Notes: a model not told the origin generated them from the sequence alone. A DNA stretch of 63,670 nucleotides, filler included, from Stramenopiles sp. TOSAG23-2 (GCA_900128395.1; 22 parts of 22 records of this genome joined end to end with filler, not necessarily neighbours in it); one strand, 5' to 3'. Positions 1-10,865 are shown, counted from the first letter of the whole stretch. Made by a program: numbers and translations.

Positions 1-237
1 AGTTTTTAGTGTAGAGTGGTTGGTGATATAAGGTATGCATTACGTACGCATATATATATTATCATGTGCACAACATATGATACGCGTAAAAAAATTAAAT
101 TAAAAAATGTGAATTGTGTATCATATACCGACGTATTTTTTTATTTACATACATCTCAGAGGGGCATTAAATGAAAAAATTAGCATTTTTTAAAACATAC
201 TCTCACGCAGATTTAGATTATATCACGTTTTACCATT

Positions 238-915
238 TTAAGTAAAATCATACATTTCATCTTCAACATCAATATCTTCCATAATTAAATTACTACTGGC
301 ACTTCTACCATTTGCAGCATTCGGCAAAGGCGGTGGGATCGCAGATGATTTTTGAAATGAAGAAGAAGAAGAACTTGGTTGTTTGGTAAATAAACTACCA
401 ACTTGTGCTGGTTTGTTTTCTTTTACTGTAGTTGTTATGTTTGTTGTTTCAAGCTTGGAATCTTCTATAACATCAAAACCGAAAAAAGTATCTTGGTTTA
501 TTTTTTTATTACTATTACTATTATTATTATCTGTTGTGTTTATTGTTGTTTTATTATCGTTTGTTTCGTTCACCGAAAAAGCTGTTGTTGTTTTTGTTGG
601 TTTTTTCCTTGTTGCTGTTGATGTTGTTGATGATTTTTTCTTTGACCGACTTTTTTTGCTGCTTACTTTATAATAATGATTCGACATAATATCTAGTACA
701 GACGTTAACGGTTTTTTCGATTCTTTATTTTGTTTATACAATTTTTTGCCAGCATTTCCAAATGCTGATACAATTAACTTTGTTTTTGTTAACGAGTCTT
801 CTTTTCTTGGAACGTCTAAATCAAAATGTTTCAAAATATCTTTTTTTCCTGTCCTTGCTAAATGCTCTCGTATGAGACCATGGACGATACGTTCAACTTG
901 ATCTGGTTTTACCAT
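238..915 (-). CDS. Protein with a MINDY4/FAM188B-like N-terminal helical domain and low-complexity tail; no catalytic domain seen
   Basis: VERIVHGLIREHLARTGKKDILKHFDLDVPR...LYKQNKESKKPLTSVLDIM matches my recollection of the MINDY4 N-terminus ([20 protein letters not shown]...LYKENKAKENPLKTSLELI). Complete 225-aa ORF. Confidence 0.65.
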   Translation of the reverse strand: MVKPDQVERIVHGLIREHLARTGKKDILKHFDLDVPRKEDSLTKTKLIVSAFGNAGKKLYKQNKESKKPLTSVLDIMSNHYYKVSSKKSRSKKKSSTTSTATRKKPTKTTTAFSVNETNDNKTTINTTDNNNSNSNKKINQDTFFGFDVIEDSKLETTNITTTVKENKPAQVGSLFTKQPSSSSSSFQKSSAIPPPLPNAANGRSASSNLIMEDIDVEDEMYDFT

Positions 916-1383
916 TTTTGAGGTGTTCCTGTTATATTCGATATGTATGTATATGGATGGATATATTGTATTTCTTTAGAGTGTTCTTTTTGTCTCGCTA
1001 TAATGCGGATTTTATTTTGAAATGTATATATACTTATATTTATTGTGTTTTTTAAAAAAAAAATAATAAAATAACGATCGTCGTCGCGGAAGGAATTGTT
1101 GATGTTAAATATAATAGGCATGTATTTCATACTATTAATACTACTTTTAGTATATATAATATTGGAAATATTATCGATCATCAGATCATCAAATAATTTT
1201 TGAATCTCCTTTTCTCTCAACTCTTCTTTTGTGTGGGAATCCATATAACAAGGGAATAGAAGGGAATATACAGCCACAATATTATTGTAAATTACGAAGG
1301 ACTCGTTATTATTATACTACTACAATACATATATATATGCTCATTTCGATATGCAAATTTAGATGATAGATTTTACAATATAA

Positions 1384-1483
1384 NNNNNNNNNNNNNNNNN
1401 NNNNNNNNNNNNNNNNNNNNNNNNNNNTTAATTAATTAANNNNNNNNNNNNNNNNNNNNNNNNNNNNNNNNNNNNNNNNNNNN
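1384..1483. other. Artificial scaffold-concatenation spacer (N44-TTAATTAATTAA-N44); first of 21
   Basis: Identical 100-nt spacers with stops in all six frames start at 1384, 2866, 4348, 5830, 7311, 8792, 10272, 11752, 13232, 14712, 16191, 17670, 19149, 20627, 22104, 23581, 25058, 32812, 40550, 48264 and 55968. The pieces between them are size-sorted (1383 down to 1377 bp, then 7654 down to 7603 bp). Confidence 0.99.
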
Positions 1484-1909
1484 ATTCAATTTGTTTTGTT
1501 TTTTATATTCTTAAATATATTTACTTGTATTAGATTTATAAATAGTAGATTTATTTCCTGTGATGATTCGCACATTCGATCGATCATCAAATTGACACAG
1601 ATGATTGCTGGATTGCAACACACAACAACAATTCTCTTCTGCTTATGCTGGGAATTGTTCTATCATACTTGTAGCAGGTCGTATGCCGTCTAATGGTATG
1701 TGCCTGCTACATCAATTGGGGCTGAAGCTATAAAAACGTTATAAAAAGCGTTGAAACACACATGTTCGTAAAAAATACATACATGCCGGGCATGGTGCCA
1801 TGTGCAGAATGTATAGTACAATCATTACAAATGACATCTTCCCTCTCCCTCTGCCAACGCCAACAAAAAGCATAAATAGTGCCCATATATATATATATAC
1901 CAAATAAAC

Positions 1910-2671
1910 ATGTCATTTTATCAAAATGTTACAGCATCTACTTTATTAGATGGAAATTCATCGTTAGATGTAGGAAATATTAACCAAGAAAAATCTTGGT
2001 TTAGTTCAGGTAATCAACTTCGTTGGCCACGTAGTCGACAAACTCGACGAAATACGCGAACAACAAGCAATGGAGCAAGGAGAAGAGGTAGAAAAAAAGG
2101 TAGAAAATTAAGGGGTAATAAAGAACAACAACAACAACCAGTAGTGACGATACAATATCCATCTAGACCGATAACAGTAAATAATATGAGCAACGTGCCA
2201 GTTTCATCCTTCAAGAAAGTTTTAAAGAAATTTTTAAGTCGAAATTTAAGAGAAGAAGATTTTAAATTGCTGAATAATGCTATTGAGAAAGATGTAATCA
2301 ATGGTTCTAAATATGCATATGGATATATATTTGACGATTTTAGCGTTGGCAATAATAATGAAAACAGTTCGATGGATATCGTGCGTCATGATAATACCTT
2401 TGCAAAAGAATTAAAATTACTACATTTATATTCAAGCATTTATTACAGAAATTGCTTTATTGAACGTATATTAGCATTGAAAGGCATTGATGGTAAAGTC
2501 GATCCAAGTGAAATACGTAGAGCTATTAAATTAATTGATCCAAAACGAATAGAAAATAGCCTAGATAATATTGTTGGTTTAATTATGCAATATCATAATT
2601 ACTTTCAAATGAAAAAAAAAGGTCTAGATGATGCAAATAATAACAAAAAAAAGAAACTTCTTTTTGGATAA
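1910..2671 (+). CDS. Hypothetical protein, basic N-terminus (253 aa)
   Basis: Clean ATG-to-TAA ORF with host-like composition; no family recognised. Confidence 0.6.
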   Translation: MSFYQNVTASTLLDGNSSLDVGNINQEKSWFSSGNQLRWPRSRQTRRNTRTTSNGARRRGRKKGRKLRGNKEQQQQPVVTIQYPSRPITVNNMSNVPVSSFKKVLKKFLSRNLREEDFKLLNNAIEKDVINGSKYAYGYIFDDFSVGNNNENSSMDIVRHDNTFAKELKLLHLYSSIYYRNCFIERILALKGIDGKVDPSEIRRAIKLIDPKRIENSLDNIVGLIMQYHNYFQMKKKGLDDANNNKKKKLLFG

Positions 2672-3361
2672 TAAATTAAATAAATTGAAGAAATGATAAG
2701 TGCATAAATCTAAATCTTGATGGTGTGTGGTGGTGGTGTGGTGCTGTCCTATATATTCATGATGGTAGTATACGAAATTAGTACATCTGTATACTAATAC
2801 AAAAAATACGAGTATCACTAGACGACTATTAGAACTATTGTATCTTTTTTTTTTTTTTTATTATTNNNNNNNNNNNNNNNNNNNNNNNNNNNNNNNNNNN
2901 NNNNNNNNNTTAATTAATTAANNNNNNNNNNNNNNNNNNNNNNNNNNNNNNNNNNNNNNNNNNNNTTTCCAAAAGTAAAACTTGAAGAACAAATGTTGCA
3001 AATGTATGATATATATATTTGATTCCTATGTATGTACGGAAATTAGTACAATTCATTTATATACTTTATCTACCTGGTATACTATATAGTAGACGCTTTT
3101 GAAAAATTTATTACACGTCATCACGAAGAAGAAGAAAATAGATTAAAAATAGAAGAAATAGACGACACAAACATTATTATGATTGTCAATATGAACTGGT
3201 ATCGATATATTATATGTATATTATATACAACAAACAGAATCATTTCAATAAAAACAATAGATATAGAGCAGCAGGGTTATTATTGTTATTATATATATAT
3301 ATATATATATATATTCATACACAACCAGACAAACCAGATTATTGCGTTTATAAAAAAAAAT

Positions 3362-4276
3362 ATGATAATCACACCACAACATGTACCTAATTTACCAAAA
3401 AATGCACTTGGAATATTCATGTTTTTTATTTTGTATAAATTAGTTATCAGATATTTCACTGGGACCAAACCAGATAAACGTAAATGGGGTATCGAGACGT
3501 ATATTGCAGCTGCTATACATCAAATAAATTGCCTTTTACTTGGAAGTTATTTGATGTATCGTGTTTATCAATTGGATGAAACAAAACTTTATGGCAAATG
3601 GCTTTCTTCATCTTTTTTTGATAAAGAAAGAAATGAACTTTTTCCAGAGATTGATTTTTTAGACCAACTATTTGTATTGGGACAAACTGCAGAAATGTTG
3701 ACGGATTTTATTTTGTATTTACGGTATCCGGCATTTGGAAGGTCCTATTGCATACATCATATGACTACAATGTTGTGTAGTGGTTCTTCTTTTTTTGCAG
3801 TTGTACCTGTAGGGGCACCAATTGTCATAACAACTGTGATGGAAACTGGTGGTTTAGCATTGAATTTAGTCTCTATTCGACTTTCGTTAATACCAGATAT
3901 TAAACCACCAAAGTGGATGTTTAATGCTCGTTTATATTTTTATACTTTTACACGCATGTTAGGACTTTTCTTTGTTGTCTTGATGACACCATATTTAAGT
4001 GGAACATTGCCACAAATAACATGTATGTTATTGATTTATGCATTAATTTTCGTCAATTTATCATGGGTTTATACAATGTGGAAATCTAAATTTAAAATAA
4101 AAGGCACAAGTAACAGAAGCAACAATAAAAGTATGAATAACACTTCTACTTCTTATGGGGAAAAAATTAATAATAAAAAATCCAAACTTGATACATTAAG
4201 ACACCAACGTAGGTATCACCAACAGAAATTAATAGATTTGGTTTATGAAAAAGAAATGGCTGGATTTGCTGATTAA
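3362..4276 (+). CDS. TLC (TRAM/LAG1/CLN8) domain membrane protein
   Basis: Several hydrophobic segments with TLC signatures YCIHH, VMETGGLALN and FYTFTR. Start moved to MIITPQ at 3362 because the upstream in-frame part is TA-repeat UTR-like sequence. Confidence 0.8.
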   Translation: MIITPQHVPNLPKNALGIFMFFILYKLVIRYFTGTKPDKRKWGIETYIAAAIHQINCLLLGSYLMYRVYQLDETKLYGKWLSSSFFDKERNELFPEIDFLDQLFVLGQTAEMLTDFILYLRYPAFGRSYCIHHMTTMLCSGSSFFAVVPVGAPIVITTVMETGGLALNLVSIRLSLIPDIKPPKWMFNARLYFYTFTRMLGLFFVVLMTPYLSGTLPQITCMLLIYALIFVNLSWVYTMWKSKFKIKGTSNRSNNKSMNNTSTSYGEKINNKKSKLDTLRHQRRYHQQKLIDLVYEKEMAGFAD

Positions 4277-4447
4277 ATTGTATTTTTTTTTACATGATGA
4301 TGATAATAAAAAATTATTATATATTTAGTTTTGCATACCCTTTTATTNNNNNNNNNNNNNNNNNNNNNNNNNNNNNNNNNNNNNNNNNNNNTTAATTAAT
4401 TAANNNNNNNNNNNNNNNNNNNNNNNNNNNNNNNNNNNNNNNNNNNN

Positions 4448-5215
4448 AGCAAGTTTTGCTAATTTCTTTGTTAAATTAGCTACTTTTGTTTTCATGGAAC
4501 TACGAGTTGAATTATATAAAAACGGGTACAACTCTGATTTTTTAAATTGTATTGATGATAAACCAAAATGAATATATACACATTCTTCTACTCTATTTAT
4601 ATCTTGATACTTTAATTTGTTTGTATTCAAAAAGTCATTTCTACCTTCACGTATTTGCATTAAAATACGTAAAGTTAATAATGAAACATAAATCGCAGAA
4701 CCTTCATCCCCAATCAAATGTCCACCACCACCACATTTTAAAGCCATTGATGTACGTGAAGATGGTTTAATTTGATTATCGTTGGCATTCGTTTGCTCTA
4801 CAAAAATACAATTACTACCAGTACCTGAAATTAATACTATACAATTATTATTATTTGTTGCGGCATATAATGAACCTTCAATATCAGATATAATTTTCAA
4901 ATTGTTAAAATTTTTGTTTAAATATGTAGGTGATAATTTAGAAATCAACGCTTCTTCTAGTTCTTTCACGATTGTATTTCCAGTCTCTGCACCACTTAAA
5001 GCAACACCGAGTGATTCCATGCAGTCATTATTCAAGTTTCGACTTAGTTCTAAATAGGCTTTTGAAATCAATTGATATATAATATTTACAACACGATTCA
5101 CTCCCATTAACGATAAATTCGTTCCTTCACCTTTTGTTTCCACCATGATTTTTCCATTATTATTAAAAATACGAAAAATAGAATTGGTTGCCCCACCTTC
5201 CAATCCACCATACAT
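4448..5215 (-). CDS. NAGK: N-acetyl-D-glucosamine kinase (3' truncated by scaffold end)
   Basis: YGGLEGGATNS, GVALSGAE, IVLISGTGSNC and CGGGGHLIGDEGSA motifs of the BadF/NAGK family. Confidence 0.92.
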
Positions 5216-5755
5216 TATAAATTGTTTCTATTATTATTAAATTTCCTTCGATATATTATTATGATATTATTCAAATAAATATATCTACCCTCTAATTTTT
5301 TTTCTCTATCTCAGTCACATGACCATCGGGGAAAAGATATTCATTTTTTTATATCAAAAAGAAGAAATTGTTGTGTTAATTATGAACCAACAACAACATT
5401 CGCGCAAGCAACCCCAAAATTAGGAGGNNNNNNNNNNNNNNNNNNNNNNNNNNNNNNNNNNNNNNNNNNNNNNNNNNNNNNNNNNNNNNNNNNNNNNNNN
5501 NNNNNNNNNNNNNNNNNNNNNNNNNNNNNNNNNNNCCCCAAAATTAGGAGGCCAACAAATTAAAAAAATTAAAATATTAATATAGCAGGCACATATCATT
5601 GTATAAATAATAATAATTGTTGAAAAAAAAAATGAATTAATTATTATTATTATATAAAAACTCCAAAAATATATAAGTTATGTATATGTAAATGAAGTAT
5701 GTAAAAAGAAACAGAACGTAAAAAAATACAAAGAAAGAAGATAAAAGATAATAAC

Positions 5756-5829
5756 ATGTCTTCATTCCCAAATAATAATAATAATAATAATAATACACGT
5801 GGACGCGGACGAGGGCGTGGCCGTGGCCG
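5756..5829 (+). CDS. 5' fragment of an RG-repeat protein (MSSFPN8TRGRGRGRGR...)
   Basis: ATG after an A-rich leader, poly-Asn, then RG repeats running into the scaffold end; divergent from NAGK. Confidence 0.5.
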
Positions 5830-5929
5830 NNNNNNNNNNNNNNNNNNNNNNNNNNNNNNNNNNNNNNNNNNNNTTAATTAATTAANNNNNNNNNNNNNNN
5901 NNNNNNNNNNNNNNNNNNNNNNNNNNNNN

Positions 5930-5988
5930 AGCATATTACTTTAACACGAGAAGTGTAAAAATATTATAACTTAGATTTTAACCATCAT
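5930..5988. repeat. Dispersed element copy (core ACTTAGATTTTAACCATCAT at 5969-5988)
   Basis: The core is identical at 25583-25602 and 62195-62214 and is reverse-complemented at 32661-32680. The upstream AGCATATTACTTTAACACGAGAAGT resembles 62155-62178. Confidence 0.85.
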
Positions 5989-6051
5989 TATATGTATTAA
6001 TATTTTATGATACTCGGCACATTTTATATTTAAATAAAAAATATCTCACAA

Positions 6052-6240
6052 TTATTTACCAACTAAATATTTTTGATCTGGTTTTACTTTTGGCATCCAT
6101 TTTGCTTTTCCCACTAATGATTGCCATTTTTGTGTATTACTAACTTGTTTCTTATTATTACGTAATGATAAACGATGGTCTTTTTCTTTAAAACGTGGTA
6201 CTTGATAATCTAACGGTGGCGATCGAAGAGGACGTAGTGA
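6052..6240 (-). CDS. 3' fragment of an unknown protein (...PPLDYQVPRFKEKDHR...KYLVGK*)
   Basis: Start-less minus-strand open frame ending in TAA at 6052-6054. It abuts a start-less plus-strand fragment, which suggests a chimeric junction. Confidence 0.45.
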   Translation of the reverse strand, partial: SLRPLRSPPLDYQVPRFKEKDHRLSLRNNKKQVSNTQKWQSLVGKAKWMPKVKPDQKYLVGK

Positions 6241-6241
6241 A

Positions 6242-6887
6242 TTGCATTTTAAAGTATTATATACAACAAAAGAATTATCACATCAAGCAACATTAGCTGT
6301 AGCAGATAATACTGGAAAATACATCAAATTATTAAACAAAGCATTACATTATACGTTAAAAACCTTAGGTGTGAAACCACAAGAAGATAATATTAAACGC
6401 ATATTTGTTTCGGAAGATATGATGGCATTTGAACGTCCAATTCCATCCACTAGGTGAAACTGTTGTTGACTTTTGTGCACGTTTGACTACTAAATTGCCA
6501 GGATGTGTTAGTGAAAAAGAAGAGAAAGCATTATGTTGCAGTGCAAATAATGCTGAATGTTTAGCATGCAAAGAAGGTAAATCCATCGAAGCATTTTGTA
6601 AAGGTAAACCAGAAGCAACTGGTTGCGATGATGTACTTGATAAAGTTTGTTGCCAAAGTGAACATGTTAAATGTAAAGCATGTAATGCAAATACTGGCGT
6701 GAAAGATTATTGCCGTAAACAACCAAAAACGGAAGGATGCGCATTAATGTTCAAAGATAAAGTATGTTGTAAAGCTATGACTGCAAGTTGTATGGCATGT
6801 CAAAAAAAAAGCACGGTTAGGGATATCTGTATTAAAATGCCAAAACTAGATGGGTGTGGAGAGCCAGTAAAAGCACAACTACAATAA
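6242..6887 (+). CDS. C-terminal part of a Cys-rich repeat protein (frame break near 6450)
   Basis: 3.5 copies of CCx6CxACx9Cx8GC in ORF 6429-6887. The upstream piece 6242-6457 is in another frame. Confidence 0.7.
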
Positions 6888-7609
6888 AATTATTAAAATA
6901 ATATATGATAATCATTTTTATGAAAAATATAAATATATATTTTTTTTTTATTATATTTATTTTATAACCAATCAAACATTTCTTCTTAGTGCTATTTCAA
7001 TGCTATTATATTGGAATGTTTAGTTTTTGTTTTTTTAGGTTTTTTCGCGTATTAGTACTGTACCAAGTATGGCCAGTATAAGGGGGGATGTTCAAAGTTC
7101 GAAATGTGCAAACCAGCAAACAAATTTCGAAATCCGAATTTATTATGCACTTATTGCTATTATTTTCTCACAAAAAATAATTCTAGAATAATAAATAATA
7201 ATATTCAGATGTACGTAAGTAGTACATTACAAAGTATCGAGAATCAAAAAGAAAGGAAATAAAGCCTAGACAATCCATTTTACAACAAGAAGAACATTAA
7301 TTAATACAATNNNNNNNNNNNNNNNNNNNNNNNNNNNNNNNNNNNNNNNNNNNNTTAATTAATTAANNNNNNNNNNNNNNNNNNNNNNNNNNNNNNNNNN
7401 NNNNNNNNNNAGTACATAAAGAAGAGACTCTTCTGTATAACATGAAAGACATATCCTTTTTTCAACAAACCATTTTATTTTGTATATCTTAGTAATAATT
7501 ATATTATTACCCCCCCCCCCTCTCCTCCTTATTTTTCTATTCACAATCATAATTAGTATAACTCATCACCGTGTTTTCATCAACAATATAATTTATATTT
7601 TTTTTCATT

Positions 7610-8323
7610 ATGGCAAGTATAGTAGAAGAAGACAATAATGATAGCAACAACCTTCACAGTAGCAACATCAATACAGCCGCAAACATTGAAGTGACAATTA
7701 CTAATATTCCAGTGAAATGCCGTTTTGCGCCATATTGGCTCAACTCGAAATATGGGAGTATAGGCATGACTGCTTTACCTGGTAGATCCAAATCAGGAAG
7801 TCAAACGAAAGAATTATTGAAACGAGATTTTGAATTATTAGCCAGTCTTGCTGTGACAGACATTTTTCTATTTTGTACTGCTCGTGAAGTTCTGTCAATG
7901 CTACCAAATTTAGATTTTGTAGCTATAGCTGGTAAATATGGTATAGAGGTTCACCATTACCCTATTCAAATTGGTTTGCATCCTACAACAGTAGAAGATT
8001 GTTATATAATACACGAACATATGGAAAAATGTTTGAAGAATAATAAAAATATCATATGTATCAGTAGAAATGGTTTTGGTCGAGCACCAACAATCTTAGC
8101 AACATTTATTTTGAAACAAAAAGAACATTTACTTCCAGATACTGCCATGGGAGAAATAAGGGAGTACCGTGGACATCCAGCAATACAAACAATTAAACAA
8201 TATAATTTTCTGCATGAATACCAGGCATACATAGATAGTAAACGACAAAAAGATAATAAAAATACTACAGGAATGGTGAAAAATTCTTCAGGGAAACGAA
8301 CGCGCAACGTTGCAACTCCTTAA
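7610..8323 (+). CDS. CDKN3: CDKN3/KAP-like dual-specificity phosphatase fold protein, predicted inactive
   Basis: The C-terminal RGHPAIQTIKQYNFLHEY is the CDKN3 signature. Also GMTALPG, LKRDFELL, VTDIFLFCT and HHYPI. The P-loop reads ISRNGFGR. Confidence 0.85.
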   Translation: MASIVEEDNNDSNNLHSSNINTAANIEVTITNIPVKCRFAPYWLNSKYGSIGMTALPGRSKSGSQTKELLKRDFELLASLAVTDIFLFCTAREVLSMLPNLDFVAIAGKYGIEVHHYPIQIGLHPTTVEDCYIIHEHMEKCLKNNKNIICISRNGFGRAPTILATFILKQKEHLLPDTAMGEIREYRGHPAIQTIKQYNFLHEYQAYIDSKRQKDNKNTTGMVKNSSGKRTRNVATP

Positions 8324-8891
8324 AGATACCTGGTACGAATCGTATCATAATATATTAATAACTGCATATTATATAAATATTACTGTTATATATGATGACC
8401 TAGTTCAATAATACACCCACATCACATACGTGCGTGTACATATATATACTTCGCGTGGTAAAAAAAAAAATATGAACTCTCTCGTAGGTTCGTATATTTA
8501 AAAATATAATAAAAAAAATTAAAATTTAGTGCGTGTATGTATGATAAGAGGACTGTACACGTATCATATGATATATATGCATATAGATGTTTTGAGACAA
8601 ACTGAAAGGGATAAAATTTGTGGGTGTTTTTTAACTATTATATATATACTACTACGCCCTTATTTATTTTTTTTACATTTGTCATGTGCGTATACTGATC
8701 TGTTCTCGCACACTTTCTTCAATACCCTTGCAACAATTTTGGTAAACGTTCTACTAGACCTTTTAAACGATGTCTGCCACTCATTCCTCTCNNNNNNNNN
8801 NNNNNNNNNNNNNNNNNNNNNNNNNNNNNNNNNNNTTAATTAATTAANNNNNNNNNNNNNNNNNNNNNNNNNNNNNNNNNNNNNNNNNNNN

Positions 8892-9539
8892 ACAGCCACT
8901 TCAATTTCCGACATTTTTCGTATGATATTTTACAAACTACCTGCTATTCCCATTATATAAATCCATCTGGAAAACATAAATATATTTTAGTTTCGGCAAG
9001 GAAAATAGACACTTTTGATAGGGGCGATTTTGTGTAGTCTAATCAATTTACACAAATTATAAAGAAAATACTCATCTTCAAGTGTATTCTACTACAAAAA
9101 ATCGTTAAGGATGGGATAAAACCATGCAATAAACCTAAAGATGACTAAAAAGGATTTTCAATAAGATAAATACAGAGCGCTTAAAGTGGAAGTGGCCAAA
9201 AACAGCCACTTCTAATTTGATCAAACAGTATATGTGTGTGGAAATGTATGCATTGTTTTCTGGTCGTTTTTCTGTGAACGATATCTACAAGTACAGCCGG
9301 GGGATTATAGCTTACATGAAAATAACATCAACAACTACTCAACCTTATACTAATCTTTGACTACATATAGGCGATTAAAAATCGGAAATATTTAATTTAA
9401 TGTGTTATATTTTTTAATAAATTTTATCAATGCTATTCCATACTGCTTTATTAGAATGGAAATAGCATCAAAAATTCCATTTTTTTAAGCAAGTGGCCAA
9501 AAACAGCCACTTCTAAAAGTCCCCCGACGAGAAGGTTAA
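8892..9539. mobile_element. Probable DNA-transposon end (piggyBac-like) with three subterminal palindromic repeats
   Basis: AAGTGGC-CAAAAACA-GCCACTT at 9190-9211 and 9491-9512, and its right half at the scaffold start (8892-8901). Followed by ...CCCCCGACGAGAAGG|TTAA (9536-9539). Confidence 0.5.
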
Positions 9540-9862
9540 ATATGTACACATCGTGCATCGTGCATCATCGTGCCATTTTTTATTGAATTTTATTGAATTT
9601 ATATATATTATTATATAATTATTGATATCATCGACCACTACTGTGTATATTACCATCATAGAGAGATAGAATAAAACTATTAACAAACGTACATATATAT
9701 ATATATATATACGCAGAGAGAGATAAATTTTATTAAACCACGGACATAAATACCGATATACTTGTACAGATATATTCATAGTAACAAACAACACTTGAAA
9801 AATTATACTAAACAGTATTTGAAAAACAAACAAAAACAAAAAACGTATATGCAACGACGATC

Positions 9863-10039
9863 ATGAATCAAAACGAACATTTCAATCGAATACAAATGTT
9901 AATAGATTCAATTATTAGAGATAAAAATGCATTGCAATCCATACAGACATTAACACATACAGAAAGAGTACAGAAAATCCAACGATTAAAACAAAACCAT
10001 GCTGATTTGACACGTGAGGTTGATCATTTGAAGAAATGA
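9863..10039 (+). CDS. Small coiled-coil ORF, 58 aa (MNQNEHFNRIQMLIDSII...REVDHLKK*)
   Basis: Read by hand, below the ORF-track cut-off. A-rich leader, amphipathic pattern, clean stop. Confidence 0.4.
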   Translation: MNQNEHFNRIQMLIDSIIRDKNALQSIQTLTHTERVQKIQRLKQNHADLTREVDHLKK

Positions 10040-10630
10040 TAGGAGATAAGTTTTTGAAAAAAGGGAAGAAAACAAAGAGTATAAAAATCATATGATATCA
10101 TCTAGTGTTATTAAAAAATTATCTTTTCAATTTTATAATACGAACGTTCGTATATTTTTTATATCTATATAAAATATGATGTGTATGATATGCATATATA
10201 TATATATATATATATTATATACATTAACCCATTCCTGCATTACCTACTTTTGGGACATCGTGATGCTCAGANNNNNNNNNNNNNNNNNNNNNNNNNNNNN
10301 NNNNNNNNNNNNNNNTTAATTAATTAANNNNNNNNNNNNNNNNNNNNNNNNNNNNNNNNNNNNNNNNNNNNAATGTTATTGATTTTTTTGAGGCGGCATC
10401 ATCGGCATCACATCGGCATCTTTTAAAACTCTGCCTAAGGCTAGAGCTAGCTCTAGCTACGTTCCAGTGTTCCAGTGTTCGCTCAGTTTTTGTACCTGTA
10501 TTACTCTACGCCCTATCATGGGTTTAGTCATCATTTCTATTATATGCTACTACAAGTATTATATTGACATTTTTGCACATCATGATTATAGATATGATTA
10601 TCATCTTTTTTTTTAATTTTTTTTATATTA

Positions 10631-10750
10631 TATATATTTTGTGTTTTTAGTTCTCTCGTCGTTCGTCAAAATTAGTATTTTCACACATTTTATATATTTT
10701 GTGTTTTTAGTTCTCTCGTCGTTCGTCAAAATTAGTATTTTCACACATTT
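10631..10750. repeat. Exact 60-bp tandem duplication
   Basis: TATATATTTTGTGTTTTTAGTTCTCTCGTCG...CACACATTT occurs twice in tandem. Confidence 0.95.
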
Positions 10751-10865
10751 ACACACACACACACACGCGTTATATTTTTTGTTTTCCTTTGATGCGGTCA
10801 TTAATACCTCCTTCACGTTCTCTCATCATATAATACCCTGGTTTGTTTGTTTTTTTTCGTCATTT

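Noticed and set aside
1428-1439. TTAATTAATTAA recurring at a ~1480-bp period, resembling a regular array
   Set aside because: It is always centred in 88 Ns. This is an artificial six-frame-stop linker, and the periodicity comes from size-sorted scaffolds.
8892-9512. CRISPR array
   Set aside because: The spacers are about 280-290 bp, there are only 2.5 repeats, the context is eukaryotic and no cas genes are present. Kept as a repeat finding, not as CRISPR.
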